Origin: Candidatus Undinarchaeales archaeon | GTDB taxonomy: Archaea; SpSt-1190; JASMDC01 | NCBI GenBank assembly: GCA_030753015.1 | Contig: JASMDC010000048.1 | Span: forward strand, 1 to 26,177 | DNA length: 26,177 bases | Direction: 5' to 3' | Shown here: piece after piece, positions 15,548-24,879 of the stretch | Layout of the letters: every line of letters starts with the position of its first letter | Numbering within the stretch: position 1 is the first letter of the stretch | The notes under the pieces: generated by a model | Database searches by the model: none | What the model saw: only the letters and a program-made list of their open reading frames with translations | Told to the model about the DNA's origin: nothing | Made by a program: the position numbers and the translations under genes

Positions 15548-15561
15548 CTATAAACCTTTCG
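15548..15561 (-). promoter_or_regulatory. BRE/TATA promoter pointing through the sRNA toward the Cys-rich ORF
   Basis: Minus-strand CGAAAG-GTTTATAG. Confidence 0.55.
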
Positions 15562-15610
15562 CCGGTGATGGCGCGGACCCCCGTCCCTCGACGGGTGCCC
15601 TTTTCCAGGC

Positions 15611-17746
15611 CTATTTCGCGTGCTTCTCGATCAGCTCGACCACGTCGGGGAAGTCGATGCCCAGCTTCTTCACCGTCGCCAGGGTGGGGACGCCGTCGCT
15701 GTCCCACCCGCGGCGCTCGTACACCGCGTCCTTGAGCTTCTCGTACCGCTCCTCGCGGAACTTGCGCAGGATGGCGATCTTCTCCTCGGTGGACTTGCCC
15801 TCGATGTCGACCTCGTGCGTCTCTGTGAGCTGCTTGTCGTACCGCTCCTGGCGCGACTCGTACTCGATGGGAAGCACGGGGCCCACGGACCGGTAGGGGA
15901 TGTCGTCGTGCTTACGGGTGCCGAACCCGAGCTTGAGGTTGAACAGCCGCTGGAAGTTGTACACAGACTCGCTCATGGCGATGAGATCTTCGGGCTTCGA
16001 CTTCCGACCGGTCACCGCGGAGAAGTACTTGGCGTACCACTCCACGTGCTTCATCACCTTGGCAGGCTCCTTGGAATCCTTGTTGTCCTCGGGCACGATG
16101 TCGTTCCACGGCAGCTTGCACAGTCCGTTGAGACCGAACCAGGTCCGCCACATGGGGAACCAGTGGAGCGCCTCGGCCTTCTGCTCGAAGGTGGGCATGA
16201 AGTTGTGCACCATGTCCAGGAAGATGAGCCAGGCCTCGTCATGCTGAGGGCCCTTGAGCGCAAGGCCGTACCCGCCCTGCTGGGCCAGAGACTCCTTGGT
16301 CATGTACTCTGAAAACTCCATGCCCTTGGCCTCCATACCGATATCCTGCATGATGGAGGGATCGGCCCCGTACTCCGTAGCGAAGATCGCCTTCATCCTG
16401 CGGATGCCCTGGCCGACGATGACGCCGAAGCCCTCGTCGCGGGCCATCTGGTGCAAAAGCTCCAGCGCCGCCAGCCGGTTGCCGAACCTAAGCTCCAGAC
16501 CGCCGGTGTGCTCGGTAGTGATGAGCCCCAGCTCGTAGCACTCGAAGGCGAACGCCGCTCCGGTACCGTAGGATATCGTGTCGAGGCCGTAGGTGTCGCA
16601 GTAGAAGTTGATCTCGACCACGGTGTGGGGGTCGAAGATGCCGAGGTTGGAGCCACAGCCAGCGATGGTCTCGTACTCGGGACCGTCCACGAACACCTTC
16701 TTCCCGGCATAGGGGCCGGTGAGGGGAACGAAGTCCTTGACGCCGTGGGCGCAGGCGACCGTGCACCCCTTCCAGCATCCATCGAAGCCCTTGTCGAAGA
16801 GTCGGCGGTACACCTCGGCCCCCAAGTTGGCGGATTCCGGATGCTTGCCGTAGCGATAGTTGTGGGTGGGCAGGAGGTCGAAGTCGTCCATGATGGTGAC
16901 CAGATGCGTGGTACCCAGCACGGCCATCTCGTTCTGCTTGGGGTCCAGCTCCTTGATCTCCTTGGAGTGGAGCTTGGCAACCTCCTTGAGCGCTTCGATG
17001 TCGGCCGGGGCGTTCGTGTCGATCTTGACCGGGTTCCAGCGAGCGACGATTGCCTTCAGACCCTTGTCCGCGAACACGGTACCGATACCGCCACGGCCCG
17101 CCTGCTTGTAGCGGGCGAGCTTGCGCCCCATGTCGTACCAGGAGAAGTTCAGGCACCCGATGCGGGTGTTCTTGGCCCCTGTGCCCGCAGTGACGACAGA
17201 GATGTTCTGGGGCTTGTCCCCGCCGAAGTGCTCGGTGAGGATCGCGGAGATCTCGTGGGCCTCCTCGGGAAGGTCGGGGATGCTCAGGATCTTTACAACG
17301 CCCTCGATGCCGTCGATGAGGACCACGGAGTCCTCCATGCCCTTTCCGGCGACCTCAAGGACGTCGAAACCGCTGAACTTGAGGAAGGGACCGAAGTAAC
17401 CGCCGACGTTGGAGTCGATGACAGAGCCTGTGATAGGCGAGATGGTGGTGACGATGCTCTTGCCCGAGCCGGGGTAGATGGGCGTACCGCCCAGGGCGCC
17501 GGACGCGATGCAGATCTCGTTCTCCGGAGAGTCCCACTTGGTGTCGCCGGTGACCGCGTTCCACAGGAGCCACAGGTCGAAGCCCTTGCCGCCGATGAAG
17601 GTATCCTTCATCTTCTTGTCGACGGGCTTGATCGAGATCTCGTAGTCAGAGATGTTCACGTACAGCGTCTGGTCGGCGTAACCGCGGTCGATGGCGGGCC
17701 GGTCATAGGTGATGGATGCAAGCTCCTGGATGCTGAGTTTCTTCAT
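15611..17746 (-). CDS. aor: aldehyde:ferredoxin oxidoreductase family (W/Mo-pterin) protein
   Basis: FIGGKG, SPITG...DSNVGG, AGRGGIGTV, CWKGCTVAC, GPEYET, CDTYGLDTIS, GLCK, YERRGWDSDGVP; ATG 17746 after GAGAGG. Confidence 0.92.
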   Translation of the reverse strand: MKKLSIQELASITYDRPAIDRGYADQTLYVNISDYEISIKPVDKKMKDTFIGGKGFDLWLLWNAVTGDTKWDSPENEICIASGALGGTPIYPGSGKSIVTTISPITGSVIDSNVGGYFGPFLKFSGFDVLEVAGKGMEDSVVLIDGIEGVVKILSIPDLPEEAHEISAILTEHFGGDKPQNISVVTAGTGAKNTRIGCLNFSWYDMGRKLARYKQAGRGGIGTVFADKGLKAIVARWNPVKIDTNAPADIEALKEVAKLHSKEIKELDPKQNEMAVLGTTHLVTIMDDFDLLPTHNYRYGKHPESANLGAEVYRRLFDKGFDGCWKGCTVACAHGVKDFVPLTGPYAGKKVFVDGPEYETIAGCGSNLGIFDPHTVVEINFYCDTYGLDTISYGTGAAFAFECYELGLITTEHTGGLELRFGNRLAALELLHQMARDEGFGVIVGQGIRRMKAIFATEYGADPSIMQDIGMEAKGMEFSEYMTKESLAQQGGYGLALKGPQHDEAWLIFLDMVHNFMPTFEQKAEALHWFPMWRTWFGLNGLCKLPWNDIVPEDNKDSKEPAKVMKHVEWYAKYFSAVTGRKSKPEDLIAMSESVYNFQRLFNLKLGFGTRKHDDIPYRSVGPVLPIEYESRQERYDKQLTETHEVDIEGKSTEEKIAILRKFREERYEKLKDAVYERRGWDSDGVPTLATVKKLGIDFPDVVELIEKHAK

Positions 17747-17870
17747 AGTACCACGTTCCTCTCGCGCGCCGGAGGTCCGAGCGCAGGGATGTAAGGAGGC
17801 TCCATGAGGAAAAAGGTTTAAAAGTGACTTTCGGGACGTGGGAGCCAGAAGCACGGGCGAAAGCGCGCGC

Positions 17871-18398
17871 TCACTTTTCCTTGATGAGCCCAAGCTCCTT
17901 CTTCATCGAGTAATGGCGCACCCAGTCGCCGCCAGGAACCTGGGGTAGGTCGTCCACCTTTTTCCCGGGCATGACGTACATGCCGACGTTCTCCAGTTCC
18001 CTCTCTCCCGTGTCCACGGTGAACTTCTGCCGCTTGTAGCCGTAGTCACGTTCCATTCGGTCGAGGGTGCTGGCGGCCTGTTTGTTATGGACCTCGTACA
18101 GCTCTACTACGATGCTGTCCTCGGGATCGCCGGTCTTGTAGGCGATGGGGAACTTCCCGACGTCGCGCATGGCGTAGCCGGAGAGCCGCCCGTCGCCCAG
18201 GAAGGTGGCGTTCTGGTCCAGTTCGAACGCTTCGTGGTTGTACTCACCCGCCCTGAGGGTGCCGTAGATCAGCATGAGGTCCCCGGACGGCTCGAAGCCC
18301 TCGATCTCCCGCTGCTCGCCCCACTCTATCGACGCCATCTCAGGACGGCGGTACGAGTCGACTTTGGAAAGCGCGTGGTCGAGGGGCCCGTCATACAT
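17871..18398 (-). CDS. gamma-glutamylcyclotransferase family (GGCT/AIG2-like) protein
   Basis: IYGTLRAGEYNH, VELY, LDRME..GYKR, GDW; own TATA TTTTTATA near 18434-18441. Confidence 0.88.
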   Translation of the reverse strand: MYDGPLDHALSKVDSYRRPEMASIEWGEQREIEGFEPSGDLMLIYGTLRAGEYNHEAFELDQNATFLGDGRLSGYAMRDVGKFPIAYKTGDPEDSIVVELYEVHNKQAASTLDRMERDYGYKRQKFTVDTGERELENVGMYVMPGKKVDDLPQVPGGDWVRHYSMKKELGLIKEK

Positions 18399-18466
18399 GG
18401 TTCGTCACTTGTACGTGGTGACCGATAGGGGTGTATAAAAAGGTTGCCTTGAGGAGCGCGTCGAGC

Positions 18467-18967
18467 TCAACCTCGAGACGAAAGGCACTGTTTCCGGGAA
18501 AAACTCACCCAGTCACCGAAGGGCACGGACGGACATCCCTCGAGCCGTCCTTCGGACATGATGTAGATGGTGCCGGTGACGGTCATACTGTCCACCTCGA
18601 CGGTCACCTCCCTGCGATCGTACCCGGCCCCGCTCTCTAAGGCATCGATGCGGTCGTACACCGTGCGGTCGTGGACGCGGTAGGCCTCGACGACGATGCC
18701 ATCATTAGTGCTGTCCGAGGCATGAACGGCAGGGCAGTGTCCCAGCGAGCGCATGGCCCACCCGGAAAGTCGTACCGTACCCAGATAGGTCGCTCCATCT
18801 TCCAGACCACATAGGCGGTAGTTGTGCTCGCCGCGGCGGAGGGTGCCGTAGACGATCAGCACAGAACTGTCACCCGCTCCTTCATCCGCCGTCCCCATGG
18901 CGTCAGGAGAGGGATCCCGTCCTTTTAGCTGTTTGGGATGTTCCGTACCCGTTCGGTTTCCCTTCAT
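18467..18967 (-). CDS. gamma-glutamylcyclotransferase family protein, second paralog
   Basis: VYGTLRRGEHNY, VEAY, IDALE..GYDR, GDW; ATGA overlap with the upstream ligase. Confidence 0.88.
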   Translation of the reverse strand: MKGNRTGTEHPKQLKGRDPSPDAMGTADEGAGDSSVLIVYGTLRRGEHNYRLCGLEDGATYLGTVRLSGWAMRSLGHCPAVHASDSTNDGIVVEAYRVHDRTVYDRIDALESGAGYDRREVTVEVDSMTVTGTIYIMSEGRLEGCPSVPFGDWVSFSRKQCLSSRG

Positions 18968-20263
18968 GTCGTGCGTCCGAGCACCTCGCGGACCTGCTCG
19001 TCAGCCGATAGCTCGGACAATTGTACAGCGACCGTGCCATGCTCGAGGACATGCTCCACCGGCGCCAGTACCGTGCCCCGCTCGCCCAGGATGGTGAGCC
19101 CCTCCCGCGCGTAGGGGAGCAACCGGCGCACCCAGTCATCGACGCGTGCCTCGTTCAGCACAGTACCGTCAGGTGACCAGCGGGCGTTCATACCATCCAG
19201 ATAGGCAGCTTCCGCGTACCTGTCGCAGCTGCCGCGCTCCAGCGGCGCATCGAGCACTTGGGCCATCTGATCATCAGGATGCTCGAAGGTGTAGTAGAGC
19301 AATCCGAGCTGGAACCCTGCTAGCGCTGAGGCGACGTCCGTCATCGAGTGGACGATTACCCCGTTCTCGTCTTTAAGGGCCAGGGGCGTGTCCATGCCGC
19401 GCACCTCCACCATATACGTCTGGTCGCGGTGGCGCAGGCGGACGTTCGTCAGGACGCGATGCGGATCTCCGTCCTCCACCAGCTCGAGCTCAGGTTCCTG
19501 TCCGTCGAGCTCCCGGGTCCATGCGAAGTAGTCGTCGACCGCCTCGATGTCCGGACCGCTGCCGATGACCTCGCGGCCCGTGACCATGTCGCGGGTTATC
19601 GCTCGATAGAAGAGCTGGCGTGCGTTGTGGTAGCGCTCCGATGCCTCCCATCCTGCGGTCCCGAGGAGCTGTGCCATCTCTCCCGAGAGCAGTGAGCCCG
19701 GGCTCGTCGAGCCGAGCGCGTTGGCAAGGGGGTGGAGCTTGCGCAGCACCCGGTAGGCCGTGGCGGTCCTGTCCTCGTCATTGACGAACGAGCACGTGAA
19801 CTGGAATCCCTTGATCGCAGAGAACCCAACGTACCAGGGATTGTCCGTCCCATCCCCTCCACGCTCGCTGAGCACGTCCCCGGTCTCGTACCGGTGCACT
19901 TCACCAGAGTATGTGGCCTGGGGGAACAGAGCGCCACCTACATAGGGCGTCAGTCCCCCCAGACCGTCCACGGCCTGGCTGGAATAGGCCGCGAGCTCGG
20001 TTATGGCACCGGTCACCGGGACGGGCGCTGTTCCGATCTCCACCATCGCATGACCGACCTCGGTGGAGTAGTCGTAGGGCGCTAAGTCCTGGTTGAGCCT
20101 GAGAGCATACGTGTTGAGCGCTTCGCCCTCAAGGCTCGTTCGCGGTGAGAAGGTAGTGGTGTCGACGGCCTCGAGCTCTAGCTCGTAACCGACGAGGTCG
20201 TTCGTGTATCTACATGCTGAGTCGCTTTTCGCACTCCCCCCTTTCTGCGTCTATCGTTAACAT
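18964..20263 (-). CDS. glutamate--cysteine ligase (GCS2)-like carboxylate-amine ligase; 5' end out of frame
   Basis: Frame stays open upstream of ATG 20046 and encodes VGYELELE and TEVGHAMVEIGT; later NVRLR, VEVRGMD; no in-frame ATG/GTG/TTG before GYELE; ATG 20263 is one base out of frame. Confidence 0.7.
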
Positions 20264-20395
20264 GACGGCATTTCATCGCGGATATGTTTAAGTATGTTTC
20301 GTTTTCCTTCGATATTTCAAAATTTTATACGATTATCGTAGATTGGATATATTCCGCAAGAGGTTATTTAAAACCGCCCACACCCTTCCGCTCTT

Positions 20396-21298
20396 GTGCC
20401 CATTCCGGTCTATCTGGCGCCCATGTGCAATGTGACGGACATCGCTTACCGTCAGCTGTGTCGCGAGCACGCTGGCATAACGACCTGCCTCGACATGGTC
20501 AGCGCAAGGGGACAGCTCACCCGAGATGAGACGCCTCCCCTTTTGCCGGACGACGGGGTGCAGCTTTTAGGCGGCGATCCACAGTACCTCGTTCCTGCGG
20601 CCCTCCAGTTCCCCGATGCGGCCTTCATCGACCTCAACGTCGGCTGCTCGGTACGCAAGGTGGTACGCAAGGGACAGGGCTCGGCCCTGCTCAAGGACCT
20701 GGCTAACCTCCGCCGGTGCGTGGAGGCGCTGGTGGACGCATGTCCTCAGCCGGTGACGGTCAAGATACGGATCGGTTGGGATAGAGAGACGCTGGAGGAT
20801 ACGGCCCGTGCCCTCAAGGGCCTGGACATCGCCCGGGTGACGGTCCATGGCCGCACGGCAGTCCAGAACTTCAGCGAGCCGGCGGACTGGGGGGCCATCG
20901 AACGGGCCGTGGGGCTCTTCGACGTCCCCGTGGTGGGCAACGGCGACGTGACGTCGTTCGAGAGAGCGACGTGGATGATGGAGGGCACGGGGTGCGACGG
21001 AGTGATGGTCGGACGCGCTGCTATCAATGATCCGCTCGTTCTCCGCGATATCGAACAAGGTGAGGACACGTGTCGGACGCCCGAAGAGCGCATCACCCTC
21101 TTCGAGGAGTACGCCGGACTAGTGGAGCGGTACGGAAATGTACGGTTCGCCCAGGTGCGCCAGCATGCTGTACAGTTGTGTCGGAGCATGCCCGGGGCGG
21201 CGAAGAAGCGGATGGCGATCCTCCACAGCACGGACGTGGAGCAGGTTCTAGCCGTGCTTGGAGAGCAAAGAAGTCCCATTCAGGACAAACTTGAGTGA
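20396..21298 (+). CDS. dus: tRNA-dihydrouridine synthase (DusB-like)
   Basis: LAPM, VQLLG, IDLNVGC, GSALL, VTVKIRIGW, VHGRT, GNGDV, GVMVGRA; TTATTTAAAA at 20363-20372. Confidence 0.92.
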   Translation: MPIPVYLAPMCNVTDIAYRQLCREHAGITTCLDMVSARGQLTRDETPPLLPDDGVQLLGGDPQYLVPAALQFPDAAFIDLNVGCSVRKVVRKGQGSALLKDLANLRRCVEALVDACPQPVTVKIRIGWDRETLEDTARALKGLDIARVTVHGRTAVQNFSEPADWGAIERAVGLFDVPVVGNGDVTSFERATWMMEGTGCDGVMVGRAAINDPLVLRDIEQGEDTCRTPEERITLFEEYAGLVERYGNVRFAQVRQHAVQLCRSMPGAAKKRMAILHSTDVEQVLAVLGEQRSPIQDKLE

Positions 21299-21377
21299 TT
21301 CTGGTACATCCGGGCCAGCACCCTTTTAACCGTTCCGCGCCTTCGCGGACCCACACGATACCTGACAGGTGAACATC

Positions 21378-22649
21378 ATGATAGAGAAGAAGAAGGAGAA
21401 AGTGATCCTTGCCTACAGCGGTGGGCTGGATACATCAGTTATACTCAAGTGGCTCGTGAACAAGGGCTTCGACGTCATCGCGTACTGCGCGGATGTGGGG
21501 CAGGATGACGACTTCGAGGCTGTCAAGCAGAAGGCCCTCAAGACAGGGGCGTCAAAGGTTTACATCGAGGACATCAAGGAGGAGTTCGTGGTGGACTACA
21601 TCTTTCCTGCTGTCCAGGGGAACGCAATCTACGAGGGACGCTACCTCCTGGGCACATCCCTGGCTCGCCCCCCCACGGCAAAGCGCCAGATCGAGATCGC
21701 CTGGAAGGAGGGCGCAAAGTACGTGTCCCACGGCGCCACTGGAAAGGGGAACGACCAGGTGCGCTTCGAGCTCACCTTCCTGGCCCTGGACCCGGACATC
21801 ACCATCATCTCTCCGTGGAAGGACCCCGAGTTCCTGGAGACGTTCAAGGGGCGCAGCGATCTCCTCGCCTACGCCAAGGAGCACGGCATCGATGTGACCG
21901 CATCCAAGAAGAAGCCCTACAGCGAGGACGACAACCTGCTGCACATATCCCACGAGGCAGGAGTGCTCGAGGACCCCGACTACCGCCCGCCCGAGCACGT
22001 GTTCTCCAAGACAGTGTCCCCCAAGGACGCACCGGACAAAGATACCACCATCCAGATCCACTTCAAGGACGGCAAGCCGATCAAGGTCGTGAACCTGGAC
22101 GACGGGACACAGAAAGAAGGTGCTCTGGCGCTGTTCACCTACCTCAACGAGCTGGGCGCCGCCAATGCTATCGGACGTCTCGATATGGTGGAGAACCGCT
22201 TCATCGGTATCAAATCCCGCGGCGTGTACGAGACGCCCGGTGGCACCATTCTCTGGGAGGCCCACAGGGACCTGGAAGGCCTTGCCATGGACAAGGAGGT
22301 CATGCACCTCAGGGATACGCTCGCCCCCAAGTTCGCGGACCTCATCTACAACGGGTTCTGGTACTCTCCGGAGATGGACTTTCTCCTATGCGCCATCGAG
22401 AAGAGCCAGGAGGCCATCGACGGAATCGTCACACTCACCCTCTACAAGGGGAACGTGATGGTCGTCGGCCGCTCGTCCCCGACCTCGCTCTACGATCAGG
22501 ACCTCTCCAGTATGGAGGTGGAGGGCGGGTACGACGCCACTGATGCCAAAGGATTTATCAATATCAACTCAATCCGCCTCAAGGCCCACCATATGGTGCT
22601 GCATAAGAAGAAGCCGTACGGGTGGCGCAATCCGAAGCATTTCGGTTGA
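21378..22649 (+). CDS. argG: argininosuccinate synthase
   Basis: [50 protein letters not shown]; AGGTGA SD before ATG 21378. Confidence 0.97.
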   Translation: MIEKKKEKVILAYSGGLDTSVILKWLVNKGFDVIAYCADVGQDDDFEAVKQKALKTGASKVYIEDIKEEFVVDYIFPAVQGNAIYEGRYLLGTSLARPPTAKRQIEIAWKEGAKYVSHGATGKGNDQVRFELTFLALDPDITIISPWKDPEFLETFKGRSDLLAYAKEHGIDVTASKKKPYSEDDNLLHISHEAGVLEDPDYRPPEHVFSKTVSPKDAPDKDTTIQIHFKDGKPIKVVNLDDGTQKEGALALFTYLNELGAANAIGRLDMVENRFIGIKSRGVYETPGGTILWEAHRDLEGLAMDKEVMHLRDTLAPKFADLIYNGFWYSPEMDFLLCAIEKSQEAIDGIVTLTLYKGNVMVVGRSSPTSLYDQDLSSMEVEGGYDATDAKGFININSIRLKAHHMVLHKKKPYGWRNPKHFG

Positions 22650-22653
22650 GGAC

Positions 22654-23835
22654 ATGGCGAAGTTGTGGGACAAGGGCGGAGCGCTGGACGCGCGCGTGGA
22701 GGCGTTCACCGTCGGTGACGATCCCCTGCTCGACCAGCGCCTCGTCCCCCACGACTGCCGGGCGTCCATCGCCCACGTCCGCACCCTGGGCAAGGCCGGG
22801 GTGCTCACGGACGACGAGGTGGAAAAGCTCGCAGCCGAGCTCGAGCACATCATCGAGCTCCACGCGACCGGAGACTTCCCCATACCCCCCGAGCTCGAGG
22901 ACTGCCACACCGCAATAGAGCACCACCTCACCATGGCCCTCGGTGATCTGGGGAAGAAGGTGCATACAGGGCGCTCGCGCAACGACCAGGTGCTGGCAGC
23001 GCTCCACCTCTACTACGACGAGGAGCTGGGCGGGGTCAGCGAGCTTATTTGCGAGCTTATTGCGGCACTGACCAAGTTCGCGGAACAGCACAGCGACGTA
23101 CCCATCCCGGGCCACACCCACACACGCAAAGCCATGCCCTCGTCAGTTGGCTACTGGGCCAAGGGGTTCATCGGGGCCCTCACCGACGACATAACGTTCC
23201 TAAGCCCGGTGAGTGCGCTCGCACAGCGCTCCCCGCTAGGGACCGGTGCCGGGTATGGTGTGCCTCTGGAGCTCGACAAGGAGTTCACGGCAAAGGAACT
23301 GGGATTCAAGCATGTCATTGAGAACGGTGTGCACGCCCAGCTCTCCCGCGGGAAGACGGCGGCGGCCATCCTCCACGCCCTGTCCCAGGTGACGGCCACG
23401 CTCAACGCCATGGCCTGCGACCTCATCCTCTTCAGTATGCCAACGTTCGGGTACTTCGAGCTCCCCAAAGAGATGACGACCGGTAGCTCCATCATGCCCC
23501 AGAAGAAGAATCCGGACGTGCTGGAACTGGTGCGCGCGAGCCATCACCGCGTCGTCGCCAGGGAGCACGAGGTCCAGGGCATCTGTTCGAACCTCATCTC
23601 CGGCTACCACCGCGACTACCAGCTCACCAAGGGCCCGGTGCTCACGGGTCTCGACACCACCAAGCACTGTCTGGTCATCATGGCCGCGGTCATCCAGGAG
23701 ATGGTGGTGAACGAGGAGAACTGCCGGAAGGCCATGACCGACGAGCTGTACGCCACAGAAGAGGTCTACAAGCTCGTCAGAGAAGGCGTCCCGTTCAGGG
23801 ATGCGTACAAGCAGGTCAGCGACCAGTATCGATGA
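22654..23835 (+). CDS. argH: argininosuccinate lyase
   Basis: HTGRSRNDQV, PGHTH, SPLG, TGSSIMPQKKNPD, GVPFRDAY; 4 nt after the argG stop. Confidence 0.95.
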   Translation: MAKLWDKGGALDARVEAFTVGDDPLLDQRLVPHDCRASIAHVRTLGKAGVLTDDEVEKLAAELEHIIELHATGDFPIPPELEDCHTAIEHHLTMALGDLGKKVHTGRSRNDQVLAALHLYYDEELGGVSELICELIAALTKFAEQHSDVPIPGHTHTRKAMPSSVGYWAKGFIGALTDDITFLSPVSALAQRSPLGTGAGYGVPLELDKEFTAKELGFKHVIENGVHAQLSRGKTAAAILHALSQVTATLNAMACDLILFSMPTFGYFELPKEMTTGSSIMPQKKNPDVLELVRASHHRVVAREHEVQGICSNLISGYHRDYQLTKGPVLTGLDTTKHCLVIMAAVIQEMVVNEENCRKAMTDELYATEEVYKLVREGVPFRDAYKQVSDQYR

Positions 23836-24811
23836 GCTCTCGAGAGACAGGATCGCTCCTCTTCTCGGACTCAGCCCTGCGCTGCTGCATCTCCGTGTAG
23901 AAGTGCTCGAAGTCGCCCCGCAGTGAGTTCTTGCGCTCGATCACCGCGTCGATGAAGTCGTCCGCGGACACAAAGGCGGAGTCTGTACTGTTGAACGCCT
24001 GCAGGCTCTTCTCGCGCTCAAGGGCATATGGACGCAGGATCTCCTCGATCTCCTGGTCGGGTATGGCCTCGATGGCCGTGATGACCTTCTCGGCAGCATC
24101 GAGGTCCACCTCGCACGCGCCCTCGATGTAGTGCGTCCACATGTCGTTGTAGACGGGCGTCCATACCTTGGGCGTGTCGTATGTGTGCGACAGCTCATCC
24201 TTGCCGTAGAACCTGAACGCCTGCCCCTTGTCGATGGCGTGGTACTGGCCGTCCCGGCCGACGAGGAAGTTCTTGTGATGGGTGTCGAAGTTGCCGATGA
24301 ACCAGTCGAACACCTGGTTCCGCACCAGGAAGTCCGTCCTGTCCTTGCCGAAGTAGTCATCCTCCGACCACTTCGGGTTTGGGAGCGCGCCCCTGTTCTT
24401 CACGAACTCCTGGGATGAGCCGCTCGTGCAGAAGGGGCCATCCTCACCGTTCAGGACCAGGAAGTTCCCGTACTTTGTATAGGGGACGGTGATGTCGTCC
24501 AGCCCTGGCCGGTGCGCGAGGTCGTACACGGCGGCCTCGCCCATGGCCAGGAACCGGTCCTGGTCGCTCAACGATCCCTTGACGACCCACTCGGTGTCGT
24601 CCTTCAGGTCCCTGGCGAAGTAGATGTCGCAGGCGCTCTCACCGACCTTCATGTGCGAGGGCGTCGGGAGGAGCGTGTAGCATCCCTGGATACCTTTTTC
24701 GGTCCCGGTGAGGTAGTCGCCGATGGTCTGGGCCAGGGATCCGGTGTCAAGCTCGTCGGAGTAGGGGCGAAGGAGTTCGTCCACCGGCGCCGGAGCATAG
24801 GCCGAGACCAT
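23816..24811 (-). CDS. HipA/PI3K-PI4K-like kinase
   Basis: WVVK catalytic Lys, helix-C Glu (GEAAVY), FDWFIGNFDTHHKNFL catalytic loop, AIDKG metal-binding motif. Confidence 0.75.
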   Translation of the reverse strand: MVSAYAPAPVDELLRPYSDELDTGSLAQTIGDYLTGTEKGIQGCYTLLPTPSHMKVGESACDIYFARDLKDDTEWVVKGSLSDQDRFLAMGEAAVYDLAHRPGLDDITVPYTKYGNFLVLNGEDGPFCTSGSSQEFVKNRGALPNPKWSEDDYFGKDRTDFLVRNQVFDWFIGNFDTHHKNFLVGRDGQYHAIDKGQAFRFYGKDELSHTYDTPKVWTPVYNDMWTHYIEGACEVDLDAAEKVITAIEAIPDQEIEEILRPYALEREKSLQAFNSTDSAFVSADDFIDAVIERKNSLRGDFEHFYTEMQQRRAESEKRSDPVSRELIDTGR

Positions 24812-24879
24812 TAGGACGGGTGCTTGTTCTTCACGATATTAATATAGTTTACCACGGGGTAGTGACAACTATGCGCCCC

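Noticed and set aside
10231-15600. tRNA-integrated island or provirus
   Set aside because: No integrase, no second copy of the tRNA 3' end noticed, and no evident compositional shift
16451-17794. 447-aa + strand ORF and similar long overlapping ORFs
   Set aside because: Antisense shadows of conserved genes, expected at high GC; no motifs
17747-17893. 49-aa N-terminal extension of AOR
   Set aside because: Overlaps the GGCT gene and a TATA box at 17817-17824; SD supports ATG 17746
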